In this document: in pieces, positions 7,566 through 15,302 of the stretch | Layout of the letters: every line of letters starts with the position of its first letter | Position numbering within the stretch: position 1 is the stretch's first letter | Source: Candidatus Altiarchaeota archaeon | GTDB taxonomy: Archaea; Altiarchaeota; Altiarchaeia; IMC4; SCGC-AAA252-I15 | DNA length: 21,411 nucleotides | Assembly: GCA_043804895.1 (NCBI GenBank) | Contig: JAZDIN010000047.1 | Coordinates: 1-21,411, forward strand | Direction of reading: 5' to 3' | Translations under genes and position numbers: made by a program | The notes under the pieces: generated by a model | The model's input: the letters and a program-made list of their open reading frames with translations, nothing else | Database searches by the model: none | Told to the model about the DNA's origin: nothing

Positions 7566-8129
7566 TCAGTATAACAGGCTCCTTGAGACGAGTATCTCGA
7601 CCACGGCGGCTATTATGAGAAGCGGGATGACTGTTGTGAGGTAGACTGCGGATGCCTCTTTCATCGCCTGGGTTGTGGCCTTCACTCTGGTGCCTTTTGA
7701 TTTCACAGCCTGCAATCCGACTCGCATTCCTGCCGCTGCGCAGATGAAGAGGGCAGGCAGCTCGAATATCCCGTGGGGTGTTATCCCGTAAACGAGGTTA
7801 GCCGGGTCAAGTCCCCTGTCCAGGGCGAACCTGAGTATGAGGCCGACTAGGAATCCGTTGGCTGAGAGTATGAGCACTGGTATTATGACCGTGACGCCTG
7901 TCACGAGAATTATAAGGGAGGCTGTCATGTTCCTGAGGAGGACTTTAGCGATTATCTCCGCCGTGGTGCCTGTCATTACCCCTGCGAAGGCTATCTTCAG
8001 GAGTGCTGGCAGCTTGTCTTTCACGAGCGGGTAGCAGAGTGAGCCTGCCGGGATGCTTAATGCGAAGGCGGCTGCTGAGATTAGGGTCAGGGTTAGGTTC
8101 GTTCGCATTATTGTTGCAATCTTATTCAT
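7566..8129 (-). CDS. Stage II sporulation protein M (SpoIIM/DUF95) family membrane protein
   Basis: Motifs NGFLVG, PHGIFELPA and IPLLIIAAVVE. The start was moved to ATG 8129, which overlaps the upstream gene's stop (ATGA). Confidence 0.88.
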   Translation of the reverse strand: MNKIATIMRTNLTLTLISAAAFALSIPAGSLCYPLVKDKLPALLKIAFAGVMTGTTAEIIAKVLLRNMTASLIILVTGVTVIIPVLILSANGFLVGLILRFALDRGLDPANLVYGITPHGIFELPALFICAAAGMRVGLQAVKSKGTRVKATTQAMKEASAVYLTTVIPLLIIAAVVEILVSRSLLY

Positions 8130-8620
8130 CTTAGCTTTATGTTGCATGACACGCATGTTTCCGCAGCTTCCACGTTGCCTTGACCGCAGTTTTTGCATAT
8201 CATGTAGTTCACGCCGGGTTTAGTCTTCGGTGGCGAGATCATGTCATGTATGCCCTTTGGAATCATTGTCTGCAGGTCTTTGCCAACAGCACCAAACCCT
8301 CCCCCGACTCCTGCGAAAAGTATTCCTGTGATGTTCCAGACTAACAGCACCCATATTGTGAACGCTTTAAGGAGTGTGTTCGTGCCTGTTGTGGGCAGGA
8401 TGTTGTAGGATGCAAGCAGGTACGCGACGAGGATTGCTCCTGCCGTGCTGGCGCAGATTCCATGGTTGAATCCCCTCTTGAACCCCCCTCCCACAACGTA
8501 TCCTGTGAATGCTCCGACTGATAGCGGCCCTATTACTGGTACCCAATTTAGTGCCGCGTAGAATAGGGCGCCGGCTGATATTGATAGAACAGACCTTACT
8601 GCCGCGTTGACGTCTGACAT
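8126..8620 (-). CDS. Gly-rich membrane protein (DUF5518-like) with C-terminal zinc ribbon
   Basis: WVPVIGPLSVGAFTGYVVGG, several TM helices, and C-terminal CKNCG...CVSC. Confidence 0.7.
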   Translation of the reverse strand: MSDVNAAVRSVLSISAGALFYAALNWVPVIGPLSVGAFTGYVVGGGFKRGFNHGICASTAGAILVAYLLASYNILPTTGTNTLLKAFTIWVLLVWNITGILFAGVGGGFGAVGKDLQTMIPKGIHDMISPPKTKPGVNYMICKNCGQGNVEAAETCVSCNIKLR

Positions 8621-8623
8621 ACC

Positions 8624-9646
8624 CTATAGATTCTTAACTGTCTCTACAGTCAGTTTGATCGCGTTGTTCACATCAGCCATGCTGAACACAGCCGTCGGGC
8701 CGTGTATGTAGCGTGTCGGTATGCTAACAACTCCTGAGGGTATGCCCTCTCTTGTCAGGTATACTATGGCAGCGTCCGTCATCCCCCCCTCTAGTATATC
8801 CACTTGGAATGGTATTTTCCCAGCCTTCGCAGCCTTCATCATCGTGTCCTTAACCTTCGGGTGCGTTATCACTCCCCTCCCAGAGGCCTCCATGATGGTT
8901 ATTGCAGGGCCTTTCCCGAGTTTGAGGCTGCTTTCAGTCTCCTTTATCCCTGGGCTGTCGCCTGCTAAGGTAGTGTCTACTGCTATCGAGTAGTCCGGGT
9001 TGAGCTTGAATGCCGCTACCCTCGCGCCCTTTAGGCCTACCTCCTCCTGGCCTGAGCCTACGGCGTAGATTGTCGCACCCTTTACGGAAAGCTTTTCCAT
9101 TGCCTTTATTACCGCATAGCATCCGAGCCTGTTGTCTGCTGCCTTCCCAAAGTGGAGGTCTTTATTCAGTACCCCGTAGTTGGGTTCGAAGACTGCCGCA
9201 TCCCCTACCTCGACCATCTTTTCAGCATCCTTTTTGGATGTTGCGCCTATGTCTATGAACAGGTCCTCGTGTTTTATGGCCTTCTTCATCTCATCCTGTT
9301 GCAATAGGTGCGGCGGCTTATAGCCTATCACTCCTGTGAAATCGCCTTTCTTCGCCTTCACGACGACCCTCTGCCCGACAAGCACTCTATCGTCTATGCC
9401 GCCAACTTTTACGAAGTGGAGGAAACCCTCCTTTGTAACGTGTTTGACGACCAATCCGATCTCGTCCATGTGGGCAACGAGCATAATCTTATTCTTTCCC
9501 TTGCCCTTGCGGCCTATGACGTTCCCGAAGCTGTCTTGCGATACCTCGTCGCACGTCTTCTTCAGCTCCCTCTTCATTATATCAGCTACGCTTCCCTCAA
9601 AACCGGACACGCCGGAGGCCCTGCAAAGTTGTTCAAGTAAGTCCAT
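8624..9646 (-). CDS. M42 family (TET-type) metallo-aminopeptidase
   Basis: Motifs GVSGFE, AHMDEIG, KAADNRLG, QEEVGLKGA, GGMTDA and PTRYIH. The start was moved to ATG 9646 (MDLLEQL), which is preceded by SD-like GGTGAGAGG. Confidence 0.95.
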   Translation of the reverse strand: MDLLEQLCRASGVSGFEGSVADIMKRELKKTCDEVSQDSFGNVIGRKGKGKNKIMLVAHMDEIGLVVKHVTKEGFLHFVKVGGIDDRVLVGQRVVVKAKKGDFTGVIGYKPPHLLQQDEMKKAIKHEDLFIDIGATSKKDAEKMVEVGDAAVFEPNYGVLNKDLHFGKAADNRLGCYAVIKAMEKLSVKGATIYAVGSGQEEVGLKGARVAAFKLNPDYSIAVDTTLAGDSPGIKETESSLKLGKGPAITIMEASGRGVITHPKVKDTMMKAAKAGKIPFQVDILEGGMTDAAIVYLTREGIPSGVVSIPTRYIHGPTAVFSMADVNNAIKLTVETVKNL

Positions 9647-9678
9647 CCTCTCACCAGAGATTATTATGGTATCGTCAA

Positions 9679-10257
9679 TTATAAGTCGTTGAATGCGTTC
9701 GGAGCTTTCTTTTTGAGTATTTTGAGCATGCGCTGGGCCATCTCCTTTATCTCCCATTGGGCTCCCCTCTCTGTCCTAAGCTCGATGAAGTGCCTCAGCT
9801 CCCTGAGGTTCATGGTCACAACAATCTTCGTGGCTGTCGCATTTGGGAGTAGGAACCTAGCGTCCTCCTTCGGTATTCCGGATTCGATGAGCTCTTTGTA
9901 AGCCTTTCGTGCGCACTCCACAGCCTCGTCGAACCTACACTTAATCTTCTTGTCCCCTGCTACCGTCGGCGGCGTAACATACTCGAAGCCTTCCTCGTTA
10001 ACGTAACGTTGGCTCTGCTGACTGTAAGATGCTATCCTATGCCTCACCAGTTGATGGGTGCATGCCCTAGAAACTCCCTCAATGAGGAACGTCGCACTGG
10101 CGTGCTCGTACGTGCTCAGATGCCCCCATCCCCTCAGGTTTTTGACAAGCCTCGAGTCGGCTCCTCTAGTCTTAGGCTCAGACGCGTAGCATACCCGCGC
10201 GCTTGAGGCTATCAGCCCCTCGGGGTCGTTCGTCAAACGTAGCAGCGTGACTTTCAC
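9679..10257 (-). CDS. thyX: Flavin-dependent thymidylate synthase
   Basis: GHLSTYEH, SRACTHQLVRHRIASYSQQSQRY (the RHRx7S signature), EDARFLLP and AQWEI. The likely start is GTG at 10257. Confidence 0.96.
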   Translation of the reverse strand: MKVTLLRLTNDPEGLIASSARVCYASEPKTRGADSRLVKNLRGWGHLSTYEHASATFLIEGVSRACTHQLVRHRIASYSQQSQRYVNEEGFEYVTPPTVAGDKKIKCRFDEAVECARKAYKELIESGIPKEDARFLLPNATATKIVVTMNLRELRHFIELRTERGAQWEIKEMAQRMLKILKKKAPNAFNDL

Positions 10258-10412
10258 CTTAAGGATTGTGCGCGGGGCTAATAAATATCGTGAGGCGGTC
10301 AACTAACCTAAAAATAAAAACAAAAAAGGCCTTATAACTGCTTATTTTGCCTTTTTCAACCAAGCACACGGGTATTTAAATGAGGGTTGCGTATATTATT
10401 CCTTAGTTTCCA

Positions 10413-10655
10413 ATGCGCTTTGGGATGTGTTTCAACTTGGATACAGGGGAAGTAACTTCTATCGTCGGGGACCAGGTGGTTGTGAAATCCGCCACTCAAC
10501 CGCCTAAGATAGGCACTACCGTATACACACTCAAGGGTAAGGTGGGCAGCGTGTCAGACATCATCGGGTCAGTCGACAAACCCTACTTCATAGTCAAACT
10601 AAACCAGAACTCTAAAGTTAACGTCGGCGACAAACTAATGGGGGGTCTAAAATGA
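10413..10655 (+). CDS. gar1: H/ACA ribonucleoprotein subunit Gar1/Naf1
   Basis: PPKIGTTVY...KVGSVSDIIGSVDKPY. It overlaps the tfb start, a conserved archaeal gar1-tfb arrangement. The start could be 10413, 10425 or 10437. Confidence 0.85.
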   Translation: MRFGMCFNLDTGEVTSIVGDQVVVKSATQPPKIGTTVYTLKGKVGSVSDIIGSVDKPYFIVKLNQNSKVNVGDKLMGGLK

Positions 10656-11590
10656 GCGAGGAGAAGAAGTCGGAAAGCGGCGGCAGCCAAGTCATATCCT
10701 GCCCGGACTGCAAGGGAACCAACCTGATAACAGACTACAAACACGGCGAACTAGTGTGCAAGGACTGTGGCCTCGTCCTTGAGCAGGGGATGTTCGACTT
10801 CGGCCCTGAGTGGAGGGCGTTCGACGAGGAGCAGAAGAGCAAGAGGGCGAGGACTGGGGGCCCTGTGAAATTCGCGAAACTCAACAAGGGACTAACCACT
10901 GAGATTGACAGATACGACCGCGACATACGCGGCGGAGCGATACAGCCTGAACGTAAGGCTCAACTCTACAGGCTTAGGAAATGGCAGAGGCGTTCGAGGA
11001 TGAGCGACTCGGTGCAGAGGAACCTCTCAATCGCGCTCCCTGAGCTTGATAGGATGTGCGCCTACCTGAACATACCAAACAACATAAAGGAGGAGTGCGC
11101 CATGTGGTATAGGAAGGCAGTCAACAAAGGGCTTGTGAGGGGCAGGAGCATCGAATCCGTTGTCGCAGCCATAATCTACCTAATATCGAGAAAGCATCAG
11201 CTCCCCAAGACCCTGGAGGAACTTGAGGAAGCATCAGGCGTGAAAAAGAAGGACATCGGCAGAAGCTACAGGTTCGCATGCAGGAGACTCGGAGTGAGGA
11301 TGCCGGTCGCAACCCCCATGGACTACGTTCCCCGGTTCGCGAGCGAACTTGGCCTATCAGGCGAGACCGAAGCCAAAGCCATTGAGATACTCGAGAAGGC
11401 CAGGGAGAAGGGAGTAACATCAGGCCGCGGCCCCACAGGAGTCGCAGCGGCAGCCATATACCTTGCAGGGAAGATAACCAACGACAAGCAGACTCAGAAG
11501 GGAATAGCAGGCCGCCTCGCAGGCGTAACCGAGGTCACAATCAGGAACCGCTACGAAGAGATAGCGAGGGAATTGGGGATAGAGCTGTAA
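10652..11590 (+). CDS. tfb: Transcription initiation factor IIB
   Basis: Zinc ribbon CPDC...GELVCKDCGLV, GPEWRAF, RLRKWQ, and cyclin repeats GRSIESV and GRGPTGVAAAAIY...GVTEVTIRNRY. Confidence 0.98.
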   Translation: MSEEKKSESGGSQVISCPDCKGTNLITDYKHGELVCKDCGLVLEQGMFDFGPEWRAFDEEQKSKRARTGGPVKFAKLNKGLTTEIDRYDRDIRGGAIQPERKAQLYRLRKWQRRSRMSDSVQRNLSIALPELDRMCAYLNIPNNIKEECAMWYRKAVNKGLVRGRSIESVVAAIIYLISRKHQLPKTLEELEEASGVKKKDIGRSYRFACRRLGVRMPVATPMDYVPRFASELGLSGETEAKAIEILEKAREKGVTSGRGPTGVAAAAIYLAGKITNDKQTQKGIAGRLAGVTEVTIRNRYEEIARELGIEL

Positions 11591-11645
11591 TTATTTGTAG
11601 TGCCTAACTTACGTAGCCTAATGGATAACCTCCAATAGTAGCAAA

Positions 11646-12641
11646 ATGTCGAATATACGGATTTTTGGGCAGGTTAAAGCAAAGTCTGGCGTTGAATCTG
11701 ATGGACATAAAGAGTTGGTAGAACCGATACAATCAGCACAGGACAAACTTAATACTATGCTTGAAGCCATGGGAATCTTCCCTAACCAAATGACAGCCAT
11801 CATTGACTCCTACAAAAGAGCTTATGGCATAGCAGAGGCGACGCTTGATGAGCGACGTGAGTTGGGGTTTGCTCCACGCATCCCTGAATCGGCCAACCTA
11901 TTCGACATACTCTCTAAGGCGGTCATCGACAGGGACACAAGTACATTCAACTTCCCTGAAGGTTTTGCCAACATACTAAAGGATTTGGACTCCGGTCGTA
12001 ACGTCGTGTTGGCAGTCAACCACGGGTCATACGCCGACAACCTGGCGGTCCATGCGCTGCTAGACCACACTGACCCTGAATTGAACAGGAGAGCACTTTA
12101 CATCGCAAGCACACCGCGCAGGGGCGCTGATGAGGAGGTATTCTTCAACGGCGTTGACAGGATCCAAGTCTACTCAGACTCCATGGTCGAAAGAGCCACT
12201 GACGATATGAAGAGGAAGATGAAGGCACAGAATCTGACGGCAATCAAAGACTTCATGCGACTCTTGATGGGGGGCGGATATCTTGTGATAATATACCCTG
12301 AGGGCGAGTTCAACGATGGTAGACTCATGAGGGGTAGCCTCGGCTCAAGCGTGATATTCGAGGCAGTCAGCAGGTACTCCCCTAAAGGGAGCGAATTATA
12401 CCCTGTTTACATTGACGGCGCACAGGAGATACTGCCGCCAGGGATGTTCAGTGACACAATCCCTAAAACAAGGCGCGGCCCAGTCAACATCCAGGTGGGG
12501 CGGCCATCTGACTTGCATCAGATGGTGTTCGACCTATCTGGTGAAGATCTAAAGTCTAGGAGGAGGCTGGTCGACGCCGTGATGGGAAAAATTGCTGAAT
12601 TGGCGCCTAAGGACAGGAGGGGCCACTATGGTGGGGCCTAA
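11646..12641 (+). CDS. PlsC-like glycerolipid/lysophospholipid acyltransferase
   Basis: Catalytic block NHGSYAD (HxxxxD), IYPEG block, PVYIDG...ILP and VNIQVGRP. Confidence 0.8.
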   Translation: MSNIRIFGQVKAKSGVESDGHKELVEPIQSAQDKLNTMLEAMGIFPNQMTAIIDSYKRAYGIAEATLDERRELGFAPRIPESANLFDILSKAVIDRDTSTFNFPEGFANILKDLDSGRNVVLAVNHGSYADNLAVHALLDHTDPELNRRALYIASTPRRGADEEVFFNGVDRIQVYSDSMVERATDDMKRKMKAQNLTAIKDFMRLLMGGGYLVIIYPEGEFNDGRLMRGSLGSSVIFEAVSRYSPKGSELYPVYIDGAQEILPPGMFSDTIPKTRRGPVNIQVGRPSDLHQMVFDLSGEDLKSRRRLVDAVMGKIAELAPKDRRGHYGGA

Positions 12642-12653
12642 TACACACACCAA

Positions 12654-13829
12654 CTACCTACTGTGTTCCTTAATGAATTCCCCCAGTTTCTCCCTGTTCT
12701 GGAATAACTCAACAATCCCTATTACGGCCTCTTTTCCGTGCTCGTTTGTGTAGGGTTTCAGAACACAACCTAAGACTTGGTCGAATGTAACCCCATTGTC
12801 TTTCGCCTTTTTCATGACAGAATCCCACATACACATCCCCACATAGTACCTGGGGTTCTTCTCCTTGTATTTAATCTGTGGCTGCAGACCGAGGTCATGC
12901 ATGAGTTTCGGACTCATGTACGAGGCCAGACCTTCTCCGGTGAACGTCTCATTTGAAAGCTCGACAGGGAAGCCCATCTGGTTTTCATCCAATGCACGTG
13001 GAATGTCCTCGTCAGTGAATGACCCCTCAGCCTTCAGTTGAGTGAATATGCTCTGCAACAGGTCATCTTTTAGCCTGTCTAAGAAGCCCATACTCCTCAG
13101 TTGAGTCCTCCTCTCCAAGAATTCACCTTCCCGTGATTTGTCGCGAGTAATCCTATGTTCCCATATATGGGTGCCCTCATGTAATGCAACCTCCAAAAAG
13201 TGTTCAGGCATGTTTTTTTCGCTTATGCCGCAGAATGCGATCCCATCCTCTCCCATGAAGTTGGGGTCATCCCAGTGCCTGAATCTCTCCAACCCCCTGG
13301 AGGCAGCAAAGTCTGCTATTCTGTCCCTCGTTTTTACGATTTGTTCCGCTCTATCCCTAAAGCCTGCCTTCTTGAGCGCATCGGCTAGTTCAGTCCAGCT
13401 TCTAAGGCGGTACGCGAAAATGCCCTCGCCTGCGCCTTTCTTAGCCTCCTCTTCAGCGGAATTCCACATCTCGTTAATGTCATCTCTTCTCAACCCACTG
13501 ATAATCTTTGACAGTGGGATTTCTACGTCTTCCCCCGCCCTCATTTGTGTCCTCCTCTGGAGGAATTTCACATAGAACCTTGATACGGTCCCGTCTTCCA
13601 CTGAGGCGGCGTAGACCGGTATCCTCATGCCGCTTCTGAGCTCAAGCATATCCTCTGCTATACTTCTGTAGGATTTGATGGCGTCGTCTTTGCCCATCCT
13701 CTGAGATTCCCTAACCCTCTCACTGAGTTTTTTTATGCTGTCAAGGAACCTGCCTCTATAGTCTAACTCCGATGTGGGTGAATTTCCTGACTCCCCAGGG
13801 GTGTATTCCCCTGCGTACTTCACTGGCAT
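12654..13829 (-). CDS. Hypothetical protein with putative zinc-metallopeptidase (HEXXH...E) motif
   Basis: 391-aa ORF with ALHEGTHIWE and a downstream GEGLASY, a gluzincin-like arrangement. Confidence 0.6.
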   Translation of the reverse strand: MPVKYAGEYTPGESGNSPTSELDYRGRFLDSIKKLSERVRESQRMGKDDAIKSYRSIAEDMLELRSGMRIPVYAASVEDGTVSRFYVKFLQRRTQMRAGEDVEIPLSKIISGLRRDDINEMWNSAEEEAKKGAGEGIFAYRLRSWTELADALKKAGFRDRAEQIVKTRDRIADFAASRGLERFRHWDDPNFMGEDGIAFCGISEKNMPEHFLEVALHEGTHIWEHRITRDKSREGEFLERRTQLRSMGFLDRLKDDLLQSIFTQLKAEGSFTDEDIPRALDENQMGFPVELSNETFTGEGLASYMSPKLMHDLGLQPQIKYKEKNPRYYVGMCMWDSVMKKAKDNGVTFDQVLGCVLKPYTNEHGKEAVIGIVELFQNREKLGEFIKEHSR

Positions 13830-13886
13830 CAGTATATATGGCGAAGGATGGGTTGATATAGCATACTCACTCTTTTATTCTATCAC

Positions 13887-13902
13887 TACTTATTTCTGAG
13901 TA
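13887..13902. promoter_or_regulatory. Candidate autoregulatory operator of RbkR
   Basis: Palindrome TACTTA-TTTC-TGAGTA between a TATA-like TTTTATT (13873-13879) and the ATG. An extra half-site CATACTCA lies at 13862-13869. Confidence 0.5.
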
Positions 13903-14549
13903 TGTTATCATATGAGTTCGTGCTTTACTGCCTGGCCGGGAGGCTGAAGTCCCCTTCAGGCCGGCTGTCGATGTCAACATCCGAGTTCGGCCTCTTATTT
14001 AGCGTCTCGCAGCAGACGGCCTCCCGCTACCTGCGTGGGCTTGAGTCGTTGGGTTGGGTTGAGCGAAGGCAAAATGGGAGGGGATTCACACTGAACCTTA
14101 CGTCTGAGGGAGTCGCAGTCTTGAAGGGCATGCACATTAACATCGGAAAATTCCTGGAATCTAAGGCGCCACAGGCATTCGAAGGGAAGGTGGTGTCCGG
14201 GATAGGTGAGGGGGCGTATTATGTGAGACAGTACGCTGACAGGATAGAGGAGGCATTGGGCTATAGGCCGTACTATGGCACCCTCAACATACGCTTTGAA
14301 GGAGGCAAGCCTGAGTTGGCTGCGTACAAGACTGACTATGTCAGCGGCTTCAGGTCAGATAATCGGAGCTTCGGAAAAGCTGAATTGGTTGAGGTGATAC
14401 TGTCTGTCGGCAATCATGAGATAGGCTGTCACGCTATACTCCCTGAGAGGACTCACCACAAGAAGGACCTTGAGCTTATCGCAAGACACAACCTGAGACG
14501 GAAGTACGGGCTGGCAGACGGGCAGAAGGTTCTTGTCTCAGTCAGGTGA
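13902..14549 (+). CDS. ribK: CTP-dependent riboflavin kinase with N-terminal winged-helix domain (RbkR type)
   Basis: wHTH region SQQTASRYLRGLESLGWVER, followed by GKVVSGIGEGAYY, PYYGTLN, PERTHH and LELIARHNLR. Confidence 0.93.
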   Translation: MLSYEFVLYCLAGRLKSPSGRLSMSTSEFGLLFSVSQQTASRYLRGLESLGWVERRQNGRGFTLNLTSEGVAVLKGMHINIGKFLESKAPQAFEGKVVSGIGEGAYYVRQYADRIEEALGYRPYYGTLNIRFEGGKPELAAYKTDYVSGFRSDNRSFGKAELVEVILSVGNHEIGCHAILPERTHHKKDLELIARHNLRRKYGLADGQKVLVSVR

Positions 14550-14550
14550 T

Positions 14551-14711
14551 CCAAGATAGAACAGACCACAGTCTTTTGACTGGTGGATGAATACCTACGG
14601 CATCTGTCTGTTCTACCAGGACCCGATAAAGTGCCTTGCACTTTAAGGGTCCTGCCAAAGCTATTGCTTTGGCTTGGATCATACCACAGCCTTTGGGCTG
14701 TGGTCGTTGAT
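14551..14711 (+). mobile_element. Non-autonomous IS200/IS605-family mini-element (PATE-like), 161 bp, with no tnpA or tnpB
   Basis: The left hairpin ACCACAGTC-TTTT-GACTGGTGG followed by ATGAAT spans 14565-14592. The related right hairpin ACCACAGCC-TTTG-GGCTGTGGT followed by CGTTGAT spans 14683-14711. TGAT occurs at 14547-14550 and 14708-14711, and excision restores an in-frame AMMECR1 stop. The boundary is ambiguous by 4 nt. Confidence 0.75.
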
Positions 14712-15302
14712 TTTCCTCTCCACGATATTCCCGCGCGGGGTCTCCTCAACGAAAATCTGCGCGCTGAACGAATAAAGCCTGAAGCCCTTCTTAGTCCACT
14801 CGTCAGGCATGAGTCCGGCTTTAGCGCAGGTGTGCTGGATGAACTCTTCCACATCCCAGTTCAACTCCACAGGCACCTGCGGCAAGAGAAGGCCCCTCTC
14901 CATCCCCCTCTCGGCTATGAGGCCGTCGCGTCCCACTTTGACTTTACTCAAATACTCCTTCGGGTCTTTTACTTCGATGAGCTGCGGCTTCGTGAGTACG
15001 GACACTTCCACTGATACCATATCCATCTCCTCAGCTCTCACTGGCCTGAACCTCGGGTCCTCCAGTGCGGAGGACACTGCTGCTCGCTCAACAGCCAACC
15101 CCAATTGCAGGACTGGTTCAGGGTAACCTATACACCCTCTCAACTCATGGTTCTTGTGCATTGTGACGAACACACCCCTCTTCTCTGAGAAAACTCCCTT
15201 CAGTGAATCAGGGACCAACGGCCGGTGGCCTTTGAAATTCCCTTCAATGACTGCGCGTGCATACAACACAATGTCCCTACCCTGCTCATGGTTAAATGTC
15301 AT
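14679..15302 (-). CDS. AMMECR1 domain protein (TIGR00296 family)
   Basis: RGVFVT, LRGCIG, DPRF, EVSVLT, VGRDGL, GLLLPQVPVE and CAKAG. Confidence 0.95.
   Translation of the reverse strand: MTFNHEQGRDIVLYARAVIEGNFKGHRPLVPDSLKGVFSEKRGVFVTMHKNHELRGCIGYPEPVLQLGLAVERAAVSSALEDPRFRPVRAEEMDMVSVEVSVLTKPQLIEVKDPKEYLSKVKVGRDGLIAERGMERGLLLPQVPVELNWDVEEFIQHTCAKAGLMPDEWTKKGFRLYSFSAQIFVEETPRGNIVERKINDHSPKAVV

Noticed and set aside
14551-14711. Group I intron (IStron) or tRNA interpretation of the structured element
   Set aside because: 161 nt is too short for a typical group I core and I see no P7 motif. There is no T-loop or D-loop consensus, and no clear bulge-helix-bulge at the junctions.
14583-15014. 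143-aa + strand ORF (and the 14453-14854 minus-strand ORF) crossing the mini-element, as a possible transposase
   Set aside because: It is mostly antisense to AMMECR1 and shows no convincing TnpA HUH/Tyr, RuvC or HNH motifs. These are shadow ORFs.
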